A stretch of 56,623 bases of DNA from Acidobacteriaceae bacterium (GTDB taxonomy: Bacteria > Acidobacteriota > Terriglobia > Terriglobales > Acidobacteriaceae), in the NCBI GenBank assembly GCA_035713565.1, contig DASSZI010000045.1, positions 1-56,623 on the forward strand. The letters are read 5' to 3'. The translations under genes and the position numbers were made by a program. How positions within the stretch are numbered: the stretch's first letter is position 1; each line of letters opens with the position of its first letter. This document shows, piece by piece, positions 1 to 9,295 of this stretch. The notes below the pieces were generated by a model. The model saw only the letters and a list, made by a program, of their open reading frames with translations, was not told the DNA's origin and searched no databases.

Positions 1-570
1 TGACTGAAGAGGCGTGGCTCATCTATCAAGGCAAAGATCGTTGGGGTTCGGGATGTACTTTCGTGGATTACGATCGCGATGGGCACCTGGACTTGTTTGT
101 TGCAAATTACGTCGACCTGGACCTCCAGAAAATTCCAGATCCAGAAAACAACCCGATGTGCAGTTGGAAGGGCATTTCAGTGAATTGTGGCCCGCGTGGC
201 TTGCCACTTGCCCGCAACTATCTTTACAAGAATCAGGAATGGCACATTCATTGCAAGCTGGGGCACAGGATTTACTGACCTGGATAATGATGGATGGCCT
301 GATTTGTTTGTTGTCACTGGTTCCGTTTATCCAGAAATCGAGGCGCGAATACCAGAATATCCGTTGAAAACGCCGTGCTTGGTCTTTAGAAATCTAGGTT
401 ATGGAAAGTTCGAAGAATTGAATGAGCAAGCGGGCCCAGGTATCAATTCAGCTCACTGCAGTCGAGGACGCGCATTTGGAGATTTCGATAATGACGGGGA
501 TGTAGAAGTGAACTACGTATCAATGGACTATTCGATTCCGTTTGACGTGAATCTCATCTCCCCCAACTGA
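1..570 (+). pseudogene. CRTAC1/ASPIC-UnbV family FG-GAP repeat protein, 5'-partial, frameshifted and C-terminally truncated
   Basis: The frame starting at nt 3 reads TEEAWLIYQGKDRWGSGCTFVDYDRDGHLDLFVANYVDLDLQKIPDPENNPMCSWKGISVNCGPRGLPLARNYLYKNQ. The homology then continues in another frame: NGTFIASWGTGFTDLDNDGWPDLFVVTGSVYPE...GRAFGDFDNDGDVEV. These are FG-GAP/VCBS-type repeats (DxDxDG). There is an extra base near nt 237 (aag aat cag G aat ggc). The ORF stops at 570 right after the last repeat, with no UnbV_ASPIC-type C-terminal domain. Confidence 0.7.
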
Positions 571-664
571 GTTACTGTCTGAAATAGGGATGACATGCGA
601 CCTTAGTACGATTTCTCATGTCGGTCGCCCGAGTGCTTTGTCTCAACCGGGAATCGAGCATATT

Positions 665-1987
665 TCACATCCATGCTTCCGGCCTAGCAGCCATTGCTTC
701 TTGTAACGTCACTCGACGTTTTTGCTTGTATGCCAGATTGCACATGTGTACAGCGATGGCGGAAAAATATCCGATTTCGACCGAAGCGTTCGGCTGTTTA
801 CGATCGCGAATGCAGCTCATCCAATTTGCCATGTGATTGATGCCTGGATCTTCCCTTGTAGTAGCCATGCCGTGATGATTATTGATTTTCTCAGGGTAGA
901 AACTAACCGGGCCTGGGGCATTCTCTTCGCTGAACCGTGGATCCTCCCCAAGATGGGCTCCAGTGATCATGCTGTTCGAACCACTCACGTGTTCGATCGT
1001 TCCCTTGCTCCCCAAAAAATGCTCTCCCATACCAAAATAGCTATTGCTGAAGGTAGACTGCCACACAACGAGAAGATCATCTGGATACTCAAGTGAAACG
1101 CTGATCGTATCCGGGACTTGACGTCCATCCTTCTCTGAAAACACGCCGCCCATCATGGTTGCCGCACAGGGCAACTTCAAATCCATGGCACTTATAATCC
1201 AGGCTATCTGATGAACCATGTTTTCTGTGACATTGCCGCCGGAGAACTCCCAAAATAAGCGCCAGTTAATAAATTTGAAAGCGTCAAAAGGAGTTTCTGG
1301 ACGCCCGTCGAGAAACAGCTGCCAGTTGACGTGGTCGGGATTGCAGTCGGACGGAACCGGCCTCACCCACTGTCCATGTCCGGTTCGCGTATTGCGGCTC
1401 ATCCATGACTCGACCATTGTTATCCTTCCGGTCGCCCCCTCCCGGATCCATTTCTTCGCGTCTGCCAACTCGCCCGAACTTTCATCTTGGAGCCCTATCT
1501 GCACGACCTGCTTGGACGCCTTCGCCGCATTCCGACATGCCACCGCCTCCGGAATATCCCACGTCATTGTTTTCTCAGAATAGAGATCTTTCCCGGCAGA
1601 CAACGTAGCGAGGAAATACTTAGCGTGTAAATGGAGCGGAGTTGCATTGATCACTGCATCTATGTCCTTGCGATCCAGGAGTCGCCGCGGATCCTCATAA
1701 GTGTCAATCTTTGGCAGATAGGCTTTTACCTCATCACGGCGCCGGGAAAAAACGTCGGCTATGGCGACGCACTCTACATTTGGCTGCCTCAAGGCGCTTT
1801 TCAGATCTTCCTGCCCGCGATCACCAGCCCCGATTAAGCCGATTCGGATTCGGTCGTTTGCTCCTAAAATTTTTTGATTCCCCGCAAGCAAATGTTTAGC
1901 GCGGGTCAGTCCAAGTGAGGCAACGCCAATGCCTGCTATCCTGATGAAATCTCTGCGATCCAAGTCTTTACCCTCAGCGGTTTTCAT
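665..1987 (-). CDS. Gfo/Idh/MocA family oxidoreductase, Tat-exported
   Basis: MKTAEGKDLDRRDFIRIAGIGVASLGL carries a twin-arginine signal. This is followed by a Rossmann motif IGLIGAGDRG and a Gfo/Idh/MocA-like body. I chose the ATG at 1987 rather than the ORF maximum at 2053 because GAAGGAGAA lies about 8 nt upstream. Confidence 0.85.
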   Translation of the reverse strand: MKTAEGKDLDRRDFIRIAGIGVASLGLTRAKHLLAGNQKILGANDRIRIGLIGAGDRGQEDLKSALRQPNVECVAIADVFSRRRDEVKAYLPKIDTYEDPRRLLDRKDIDAVINATPLHLHAKYFLATLSAGKDLYSEKTMTWDIPEAVACRNAAKASKQVVQIGLQDESSGELADAKKWIREGATGRITMVESWMSRNTRTGHGQWVRPVPSDCNPDHVNWQLFLDGRPETPFDAFKFINWRLFWEFSGGNVTENMVHQIAWIISAMDLKLPCAATMMGGVFSEKDGRQVPDTISVSLEYPDDLLVVWQSTFSNSYFGMGEHFLGSKGTIEHVSGSNSMITGAHLGEDPRFSEENAPGPVSFYPEKINNHHGMATTREDPGINHMANWMSCIRDRKQPNASVEIGYFSAIAVHMCNLAYKQKRRVTLQEAMAARPEAWM

Positions 1988-2122
1988 CCCTCTATTCTCC
2001 TTCGATCTATTACGTCTAGCATCATATTCCCTACCCGGCTGCGTCGGCTTCATTCACAAATCCAATATGACCCGATCTGGAAACGTTGGAATAGAGAGCA
2101 AATCGATGCGAAATTTTATTTG

Positions 2123-2151
2123 TTGACGAATTCCTATTCAAACGATATAAG
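2123..2151 (+). promoter_or_regulatory. Candidate sigma70-type promoter for the TonB-dependent receptor gene
   Basis: TTGACG (2123-2128), a 17-nt spacer, then TATAAG (2146-2151). This lies about 60 nt upstream of the ATG at 2212, which has GGAG 6 nt upstream. Confidence 0.35.
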
Positions 2152-2211
2152 GGCTGGCAACATCTTTATCCCTGGTGCCCCAGCGGGGAGTTTTATTGGT
2201 TTGGAGACGAC

Positions 2212-5200
2212 ATGCCGTCAAAAACAACCATCCTTCGTAAGCTGTGCATGTACTTATTCCTTTTCATGCCGTGCGCTATGTTTGCGCAGCAATCCGGAAT
2301 GATCAACGGAACCGTCACCGATCAGACCGGCGCCGTGGTGCCAAATGCAAATGTAACCGTCACCGACGTCGCGCAAGGAGCCATGTTCAAGACGGTAACC
2401 GACCGCGACGGCGTCTACACTGTGCCTGGTCTCAAGCCGGCAGTCTATAACCTGGACATCTCCGCCACGGGATACAAGCAATTTGAGTCCACCGGAATTG
2501 TCCTGCGTGTTGCTCAGCGAGTTAAGGTGGACGCGGTGTTAACGTTGGGGGTACAGAGCTCCAAAGTGGAAGTGAACGGCAGCTCAACTGGCGAGGTGCA
2601 AACTGAAACAGCGCAAGTTTCTACCACGATCACCGGGACCCAGACCATACAGCTGGTTTTGAATGGTCGTGATTTTGCGCAACTGGTCACCCTCGCGCCG
2701 GGAGTTAGCAACCAGACTGGTCAGGATGAAGGTACTGTAGGAGTAATCGGAAGCGTGGCTTACTCGATGAATGGTGGACGCACCGTTTATAACAATTGGG
2801 AGGTTGACGGCGCTAACATTATGGACAACGGCAGCAATGGGACGCTGAATGTTTATCCCAGTATTGATGCAATTGCAGAAACGCAGGTTTTAACATCGAA
2901 CTACGGCGCGCAATATGGCCGCGATTCCTCCGGCACGATTGTGGCGATTACAAAGTCCGGCACCGAGCACTTGCATGGAGACGCGTACGAATTTCTACGT
3001 AATAATGCCTTCAATGCAAGGAATTACTTTGAGCAAACCGTGCCCGAGTACAAGAAGCATGATTTTGGCTTCACCGTGGGCGGCCCTGTATACATTCCCA
3101 AGCTCTATGGTACCGGAAAGAAACGCACCTTCTTTTTCTATTCGCAAGAGTTTCGCATAGAAATTGTTCCTGGCAATATATATAACCAACTTGTCCCCTC
3201 CACACAGGAGCGTACTGGAAATTTCTCCGATCTGTGCCCTGCACCCGGATCTACAATCGACAGCAAAGCCTTTCCCGATTGTCCTGTAAACCCTGCTACC
3301 GGCGTTTACTTTCCAGGGAACAAGGTACCTGTTCGTCCGAATGCTGCCGCGTTGCTTCGTATTCTTCCAGTAGCAAACTTCGGGAGCGGAGCGACCTCGA
3401 CATTCCTCGCTTCGCCGGTTCTGCCAACTCATTATGATGAAGTTCTGTTCCGAATCGACCATCATTTCAATGACAACGTTCACCTCTTTTATCGATTCAT
3501 CCATGACTCATGGAATACAACAACACCGGGAGCGCTATGGTCTGCCGGCTCGTTCCCAAGCATCAACACAAAGTTTGATGGACCCGGTGTAGATATGGTC
3601 ACCGGACTAACGACGGCGTTCTCTCCGTCGCTCCTCAACGACTTTGTGGCCAGTTATACTACAGACCACATATACCTTACGGGCGTGCCCTCGAATGTAC
3701 CCGGCATTGGAAGCGACAACAGAGATGGATTCACCGGAAATGGATTCTTTAACAATGGATACGGGGGGGTACTCCCAACCTACAATGTATATGGGAATGC
3801 GGCATACGGCGGCGGATTCACAGTTGGTACGGGATATTTTCCATGGGAAAACGCCAATCCAACCTATAGCTACAGTGATGAGCTCACAAAAACGTTCAAC
3901 ACGCAAACCATCTTGGCAGGCGTCGATTTCATTGCCGCGCAGAAAAACGAATTTAGCACAGGCAACAATCAGGGCACGTACACATTCAGCACATCCTCGG
4001 CCGTAACTACAGGCAATGCGTTTGCAGATCTTTTGCTTGGAAGAGTTGGACAGTTCTCGCAAACGTCAGCTCAGCCCAAATATTATAACAGATGGAAAGT
4101 AGCAGAACCGTATATTCAGGATGACTGGAGGGTAACTCCGCGTCTGACGCTGAATCTTGGTCTGCGAATCAGCCTGTTTGGGACCTACCAAGATATCAGC
4201 AATAAGTCGGGAAACTTCGAAGCGGGGGCATGGAAACCGGATAGCGCTCCAAAGATCGATGTCACAGGATTGGTGACGGGACAGCCCGGAGCGCTCATTC
4301 CCGGGAGTGGCAATCCCTTCGATGGATTAGTGCGGTGTGGAAAGAACGGCGTCAGTCCGGGATGCATGAAGGGACATCTCTTCAACCCGGCTCCTCGGTT
4401 CGGCTTTGCGTACGATGTGTTTGGAAACGGTAAGCTGGCCGTTCGTGGAGGGTACGGCCTCTACTTTGAGCATACAAACGGAAATGAAGCCAACTCCGAA
4501 TCACTTGAGGGATCCGCACCAGTGGTTCAGACGCCGAATAAGTACAATTTCATCGGCTATACTCATTCGGGAGGAGCGGGGCTTTTGTTTCCTCTCTATG
4601 TGACATCTATACCTACACATGCGCTCTGGCCCTACGTTCAGCAATATAACTTGACAATCCAGGGACAACTGCCGGGGAAAGCTGTTCTTGGCGTATCCTA
4701 TGTTGGGAATATAGGTAGAGATCTCACGTTGAAGCGCGAGGGTAATCAACTCCATCCCGTTCCGTTATCCCAAGATCCCTACGGCCCAGGACAACCGATT
4801 TCAGCAAACGATTGTAGTACGGGTACGGTGAACGGACACCCTGTTTCCGCGGATATTCTCATCCACTTGAATATCGCGTGTGGCAATAATCCCAACCCCT
4901 ACCGTCCCTTTGTAGGTCTTGCTAACATCACCCGCGAAGAGTTTACGGCACAGTCGCATTACAATTCCCTCCAAGTAGCGCTTAGCCGCTATTTCGGAAA
5001 ATTAAATGGAAGCGTGGCCTACACCTATAGTCATAGCATTGACGATGCTTCCACTGGATCCGGCCCTTCGAACATCCCAAACGCCTATGATATCAAAGCA
5101 AGTATGGCTAGCTCAGCATTCGATCAGCGGCAGATGCTTCAGGTGGGCGTGGTCTATGACTTGCCCTTCTTCAAAATGCAACATCCCGGGCTCGTCCGTG

Positions 5201-5709
5201 AATTCCTCGGTGATTGGGAGCTGTCGGACATCACCAGCTCCCAAACGGGAACTCCATTCAGCATCAATAACATCGGACCGAACAGCGACAATGCCGGTAC
5301 CGGAAATTCTGTGAGCACGTATACCTCCTATCCCGATATAGTTGGCAATATTCATGGTCACGTCAAGATCCGCCATCCTGCAGGCATTCTTGGGCCGCGC
5401 GTCTACAACAGTGATGCCTTTGCCGCGCCGCGGGGACTTACTTATGGTGACGCGGGTCGCAATATTCTGACTTTGCCTGCTACAACGAATTTCGATTTAG
5501 GCCTGTTCAAAGAATTCCCCATCCGGAATAACGCGATGCACTTTGAATTCCGCATCGAAGCTTTCAACGCCTTCAATCATACGGAATGGAGTGGCGTAAA
5601 CAATCAAGCCTGCTATGGGGCGGCGAACTGCGCAACGTCTCCCTTCCTAACTGTCACGAGCGCACATAATCCACGAATATTGCAATTAGCGGGAAAGTTC
5701 TTCTTTTGA
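2212..5709 (+). CDS. TonB-dependent receptor with N-terminal carboxypeptidase-regulatory-like domain
   Basis: The signal peptide ends AMFAQQ. A CarboxypepD_reg-like segment follows (GTVTDQTGAVVPNANVTVTD...GVYTVPGLKPAVYNLDISATGYKQF). A plug-like region is present (DFAQLVTLAPGV...MNGGR). The long beta-barrel body ends in the OMP-type terminal ...LAGKFFF. Confidence 0.9.
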   Translation: MPSKTTILRKLCMYLFLFMPCAMFAQQSGMINGTVTDQTGAVVPNANVTVTDVAQGAMFKTVTDRDGVYTVPGLKPAVYNLDISATGYKQFESTGIVLRVAQRVKVDAVLTLGVQSSKVEVNGSSTGEVQTETAQVSTTITGTQTIQLVLNGRDFAQLVTLAPGVSNQTGQDEGTVGVIGSVAYSMNGGRTVYNNWEVDGANIMDNGSNGTLNVYPSIDAIAETQVLTSNYGAQYGRDSSGTIVAITKSGTEHLHGDAYEFLRNNAFNARNYFEQTVPEYKKHDFGFTVGGPVYIPKLYGTGKKRTFFFYSQEFRIEIVPGNIYNQLVPSTQERTGNFSDLCPAPGSTIDSKAFPDCPVNPATGVYFPGNKVPVRPNAAALLRILPVANFGSGATSTFLASPVLPTHYDEVLFRIDHHFNDNVHLFYRFIHDSWNTTTPGALWSAGSFPSINTKFDGPGVDMVTGLTTAFSPSLLNDFVASYTTDHIYLTGVPSNVPGIGSDNRDGFTGNGFFNNGYGGVLPTYNVYGNAAYGGGFTVGTGYFPWENANPTYSYSDELTKTFNTQTILAGVDFIAAQKNEFSTGNNQGTYTFSTSSAVTTGNAFADLLLGRVGQFSQTSAQPKYYNRWKVAEPYIQDDWRVTPRLTLNLGLRISLFGTYQDISNKSGNFEAGAWKPDSAPKIDVTGLVTGQPGALIPGSGNPFDGLVRCGKNGVSPGCMKGHLFNPAPRFGFAYDVFGNGKLAVRGGYGLYFEHTNGNEANSESLEGSAPVVQTPNKYNFIGYTHSGGAGLLFPLYVTSIPTHALWPYVQQYNLTIQGQLPGKAVLGVSYVGNIGRDLTLKREGNQLHPVPLSQDPYGPGQPISANDCSTGTVNGHPVSADILIHLNIACGNNPNPYRPFVGLANITREEFTAQSHYNSLQVALSRYFGKLNGSVAYTYSHSIDDASTGSGPSNIPNAYDIKASMASSAFDQRQMLQVGVVYDLPFFKMQHPGLVREFLGDWELSDITSSQTGTPFSINNIGPNSDNAGTGNSVSTYTSYPDIVGNIHGHVKIRHPAGILGPRVYNSDAFAAPRGLTYGDAGRNILTLPATTNFDLGLFKEFPIRNNAMHFEFRIEAFNAFNHTEWSGVNNQACYGAANCATSPFLTVTSAHNPRILQLAGKFFF

Positions 5710-5967
5710 AGAATCACCTGGCGTAAGCGAGAGCTGTAGTGCATTGGACAACCGTTCCCACAGTTCAGAAGATATGCCATGACTTCACAATGAGAGCGGA
5801 TTGTACAACCTGCGACCTAACGAGCAAGGCTCTTGAGGATGGGTGTTAATCTGAACGAAGCTCCTGCGAAGGGATTCTTAGCGGATCTTGCTGGAGTAAC
5901 CCCATACTTGAGTTCAGTCAGGTTGGTTACCGTGCTTAAGCATCGCGTGTTTCGATGGCGCCGATCA

Positions 5968-7152
5968 ATGAAGCCAAACAGTCTAGGTCTGTGTTTCTTG
6001 TTACCGCTGTTAGCTTTCGAAGGGACTAATTCAGCCCAAAACCGGGCCACGCGAGAAACGGATCCAGCCTCGATTTTCAGCCGTGGCGTGCAGGCAATGC
6101 AGACTGGTCGGTTCGGGGCGGCCGAAGATGACTTCAAAACGGTGATCGCCATCGACCCCCGATCGGCAGCAGCGTACACCAACCTAGGTGTGTCGTACAT
6201 GCGCCAAGCGAAGTGGCATGCCGCATTGCTTGAACTGCGCCACGCAGCATCCCTTGCTCCAAATGACCCAGGGATCTTTCTCAACATAGGGCTCGCCTAC
6301 TATCGGCAGAATAGATTTTCCGCAGCCATCGAGCCATTCAAAATTGCAACGCAGCTTGCTCCGGACTCCATCCAGGCGCGATATCTTCTTGGCTTATGCT
6401 ACTTCTTCACCAATGATTATCAGCACGCTTCCCTGATGCTGGAGCCACTTTGGCAGAACCAAATCACCAATCTCAACTACTTATACGTGCTCAGCATCGC
6501 AGCAGGTAAATCTTCCAATGGCGCGTTGGAGCAGCGGGCGCTCACTCAAATGATCAACATTGGCCAGAATACGCCGGAGTTACATTTGTATTTGGGGAAG
6601 GCATGGCTCGCAAAAGATGAGAAAGACAAAGCCCTGAAAGAGTTCAAGGCGGCAGCCTCCGCGGATGAAGGGCTGCCACTGGTTCACTATTTCCTGGGAC
6701 GTGTTTACCTTGAGCAGCATGCATATGGTTTGGCTGAAGCCGAAATGCTGCGTGATATTCAAATGGAACCTCGTGTGCCATATAACTACGAGAACCTTGG
6801 GCTGCTGTATGCCCAAACTGGACAGACCGAAAAGGCTATAAGGTATTTCCGCGAAGCATTACAGCACGATCCTACACTCGTTAATTCCTATGTTGGGCTC
6901 GCGAAGATATACAAGCGGACAGGCCATTATCAAAAAGCTTTAGCGATGTTGACTCGAGCTGAGGCCATAGTACCGTCCAGCGCGAGTGTGCATTATCTTC
7001 GGGGTCAGGTGTTGATGAGACTCGGTCAACCTACTGCAGGGCATGAGGAGCTTGCAGCCTCATCCAAGCTGCTACGATCTTTGGATAATAGCCTTCAAAC
7101 AGGCCCCATCGCAGGCCAACCCGTGGATGCCCAGGTCGTGGCACAACCATAA
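5968..7152 (+). CDS. Tetratricopeptide repeat protein, secreted
   Basis: MKPNSLGLCFLLPLLAFEG is a signal peptide. It is followed by repeated TPR-like 34-aa units (AYTNLGVSYMRQAKWHAALLELRHAASLAPND, FLNIGLAYYRQNRFSAAIEPF, YENLGLLYAQTGQTEKAIRYFREALQHDP and others). Start set at the ATG at 5968. Confidence 0.85.
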   Translation: MKPNSLGLCFLLPLLAFEGTNSAQNRATRETDPASIFSRGVQAMQTGRFGAAEDDFKTVIAIDPRSAAAYTNLGVSYMRQAKWHAALLELRHAASLAPNDPGIFLNIGLAYYRQNRFSAAIEPFKIATQLAPDSIQARYLLGLCYFFTNDYQHASLMLEPLWQNQITNLNYLYVLSIAAGKSSNGALEQRALTQMINIGQNTPELHLYLGKAWLAKDEKDKALKEFKAAASADEGLPLVHYFLGRVYLEQHAYGLAEAEMLRDIQMEPRVPYNYENLGLLYAQTGQTEKAIRYFREALQHDPTLVNSYVGLAKIYKRTGHYQKALAMLTRAEAIVPSSASVHYLRGQVLMRLGQPTAGHEELAASSKLLRSLDNSLQTGPIAGQPVDAQVVAQP

Positions 7153-7242
7153 CCTGGGCAGCTTGACTGTCTCGCGTATGCGCTCCACTGCCGTGGGCGT
7201 ACAAACCCTGGGGAACACCCCATCAGTCTGAGAGGGTTTCCG

Positions 7243-9030
7243 CTAAACTTCCTCAGGGTCCTCGCTCGGACTGGTGGTCGTGAGAAAACGGAGCTCCCAG
7301 GATGTACTGAGTTGACCGGTCTGTTCAGCGGGGGCGCGCAATACGACGGATTCGTGTTGATCGGGGAACTCAGCGGGCGTGTACTGAAGGTTGGTGGCGG
7401 CGAGTGGGACGGTGAATCGCCGGCTAGGCTGCTCTACAGCAGATCGCGCCCCATCTGTTGTGCTTGAGAGCTTATTCCTGGTAGTGAGGTCATTGAAGTA
7501 CCTCGGGTTATCCGATGCCGATGCACCCACAAGCCAAGGTCCGTAGAAGTACGCGATCCGTTCCGGACCACTGGATTCGTGGCGAAGTGCCATCGCGTAG
7601 GTGACTGTAAGAACATCGCCCTTTTTCCAGCGGCGTTGTATGTGGACATACCCATCGTGAAGAGGATATTGTTCTACAGCGTGGTTGAGACTGGTGGCAA
7701 CGGCTTTTGCCCAATCCGGCTTGCGGATGCGAAGCGAGACCGGTTCGTCGCCGCCGGATGTGATTGTAATCTTGACGGTGCCATTGTGGGCGAGCGATGA
7801 CGTTGCGGTCGCGGAGAGGCTGGCGGTCTCCAGATGGCTGTCAATCGTCAAGTCATACCATAACGCCCCACCGGCGCTGCGGAACGCGCTGTTCTGGAGA
7901 TCCGGAAAGTAACGCAGCCCATGCAAGGTGCAGCACCACCAAGCTCGCACCGCTCCGTCTGCCAGAAAGCCGGTTTCAGATAGAACGCGATGTCCGAAGT
8001 CGCCGGTATCAAACTGATTGGAAGCGAGCTCGTTGAATGTAGTGCGCTCTGCCATGACCAGGTACTTCGGATCGCCCGTGGCCGTCCAAAGTGAGAGGTT
8101 GAGGCGCAGCCAATCAGCTTCCGCGCATCCCTCGGTCCGGTGCTTGTTTGGACTCCACCCTTCGGGAACGCCTCCCGTGATGAGTAAGTCTGGCGACTGA
8201 ACGACGTCCTGCCATGCGGCTTCGCATTGCCGCAGGAGCCTGGCGTCCGACGTCGTCTGATAAAGATCCATCACACCACGCAGGCTGGTGAGATAGCCGT
8301 GGACATGATCCCCGGGACGCCTCTCGATGACAGCGGCAATCCCTTCTGTCAGAGTTTGATAGCGGCTATCGCGGGTGACTCGATAAAGGTTGGCAAGTCC
8401 TTCAGTTTGCTGGGTCCAGCAGATATAGCTCGATGCGAAGTGCGCCGCTCCGAATTCATCGCGGATTTCTCTGGAGAGCATGAGCGGGCTAATACGCACC
8501 AAAAAATTTCCGAGGCGCGTGCATGCGGCAAGGACGAACTCGGAAGGCTTGTAGCGATAGTACTCAAGCAAGCCTACCAGCAGCCGGCCATTGCCCCAGA
8601 GCAGAGCCAGATCCTGATCTGTCGGTTTCTCGTAATGGAATCCACTGCCGAAGTACCCGTCAGGTTTTTGTAGCGCAACAATTCTTTCGACCAGGAGATC
8701 CAAGTCGGGGAAGCTGGTGTGATAAACGCGGGCAGCTGTCGCCAGCGCGCCGACGTATCTCCCGGAAAGATCGCCGCTGAATTCGGTAAATCGACGTCCA
8801 GGAGTAGGGCGAACATCTGCCAGCAGGAACTCCTGTGTATATGCCGGGTAAGTTCCGCTTAGGACGCGTTGCAGCGTCGCCTCGTAACGTTCTCGCACGG
8901 GAGTGTCGCTTCCCGGCAACCCCGTGCGACTTCCGCATTCAACCGGAGTAATGGAGGCAAGGGAAAGCGGAGCAGCGCCAGCAAGGAGCGGGACTGCAGC
9001 AGCGGTTCTTAGGAAATTTCTTCGGTTCAT
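7243..9030 (-). CDS. DUF1680 / glycoside hydrolase family 127-like protein (beta-L-arabinofuranosidase-like), Tat-exported
   Basis: MNRRNFLRTAAAVPLLAGAA is a Tat signal. The body contains TEGCAEADW (an ExC motif) and WWCCTLHG (a CC motif) 64 residues apart. As I recall, this resembles the Glu/Cys3 zinc site and nucleophile Cys of GH127 HypBA1. The 885-aa ORF in the track over-extends upstream into the opposite-strand MFS gene. Confidence 0.65.
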   Translation of the reverse strand: MNRRNFLRTAAAVPLLAGAAPLSLASITPVECGSRTGLPGSDTPVRERYEATLQRVLSGTYPAYTQEFLLADVRPTPGRRFTEFSGDLSGRYVGALATAARVYHTSFPDLDLLVERIVALQKPDGYFGSGFHYEKPTDQDLALLWGNGRLLVGLLEYYRYKPSEFVLAACTRLGNFLVRISPLMLSREIRDEFGAAHFASSYICWTQQTEGLANLYRVTRDSRYQTLTEGIAAVIERRPGDHVHGYLTSLRGVMDLYQTTSDARLLRQCEAAWQDVVQSPDLLITGGVPEGWSPNKHRTEGCAEADWLRLNLSLWTATGDPKYLVMAERTTFNELASNQFDTGDFGHRVLSETGFLADGAVRAWWCCTLHGLRYFPDLQNSAFRSAGGALWYDLTIDSHLETASLSATATSSLAHNGTVKITITSGGDEPVSLRIRKPDWAKAVATSLNHAVEQYPLHDGYVHIQRRWKKGDVLTVTYAMALRHESSGPERIAYFYGPWLVGASASDNPRYFNDLTTRNKLSSTTDGARSAVEQPSRRFTVPLAATNLQYTPAEFPDQHESVVLRAPAEQTGQLSTSWELRFLTTTSPSEDPEEV

Positions 9031-9295
9031 TGCGGATCTTCGTGCAGTGTTGCAACGTAATTCGATCTTACTCGTTGGATCTCCCCTTACCGGGTACAAT
9101 CGGCCGGCAAGTACCCAATCCTTCAATCTTGTAGCTCCAGCAGATCGAATGTGTGTGCTTTTTATGTGCTCAGGGTAGGAGCTGCCCGATGCACCTACTC
9201 CCACTCTCTTGATATCACTCTGATGGGAAAGAATGATTCGTCGGTAAGATATGGAGTAAGTTCTTGTTCCGTTGCACCATGCAAGTCCGTCGGTC

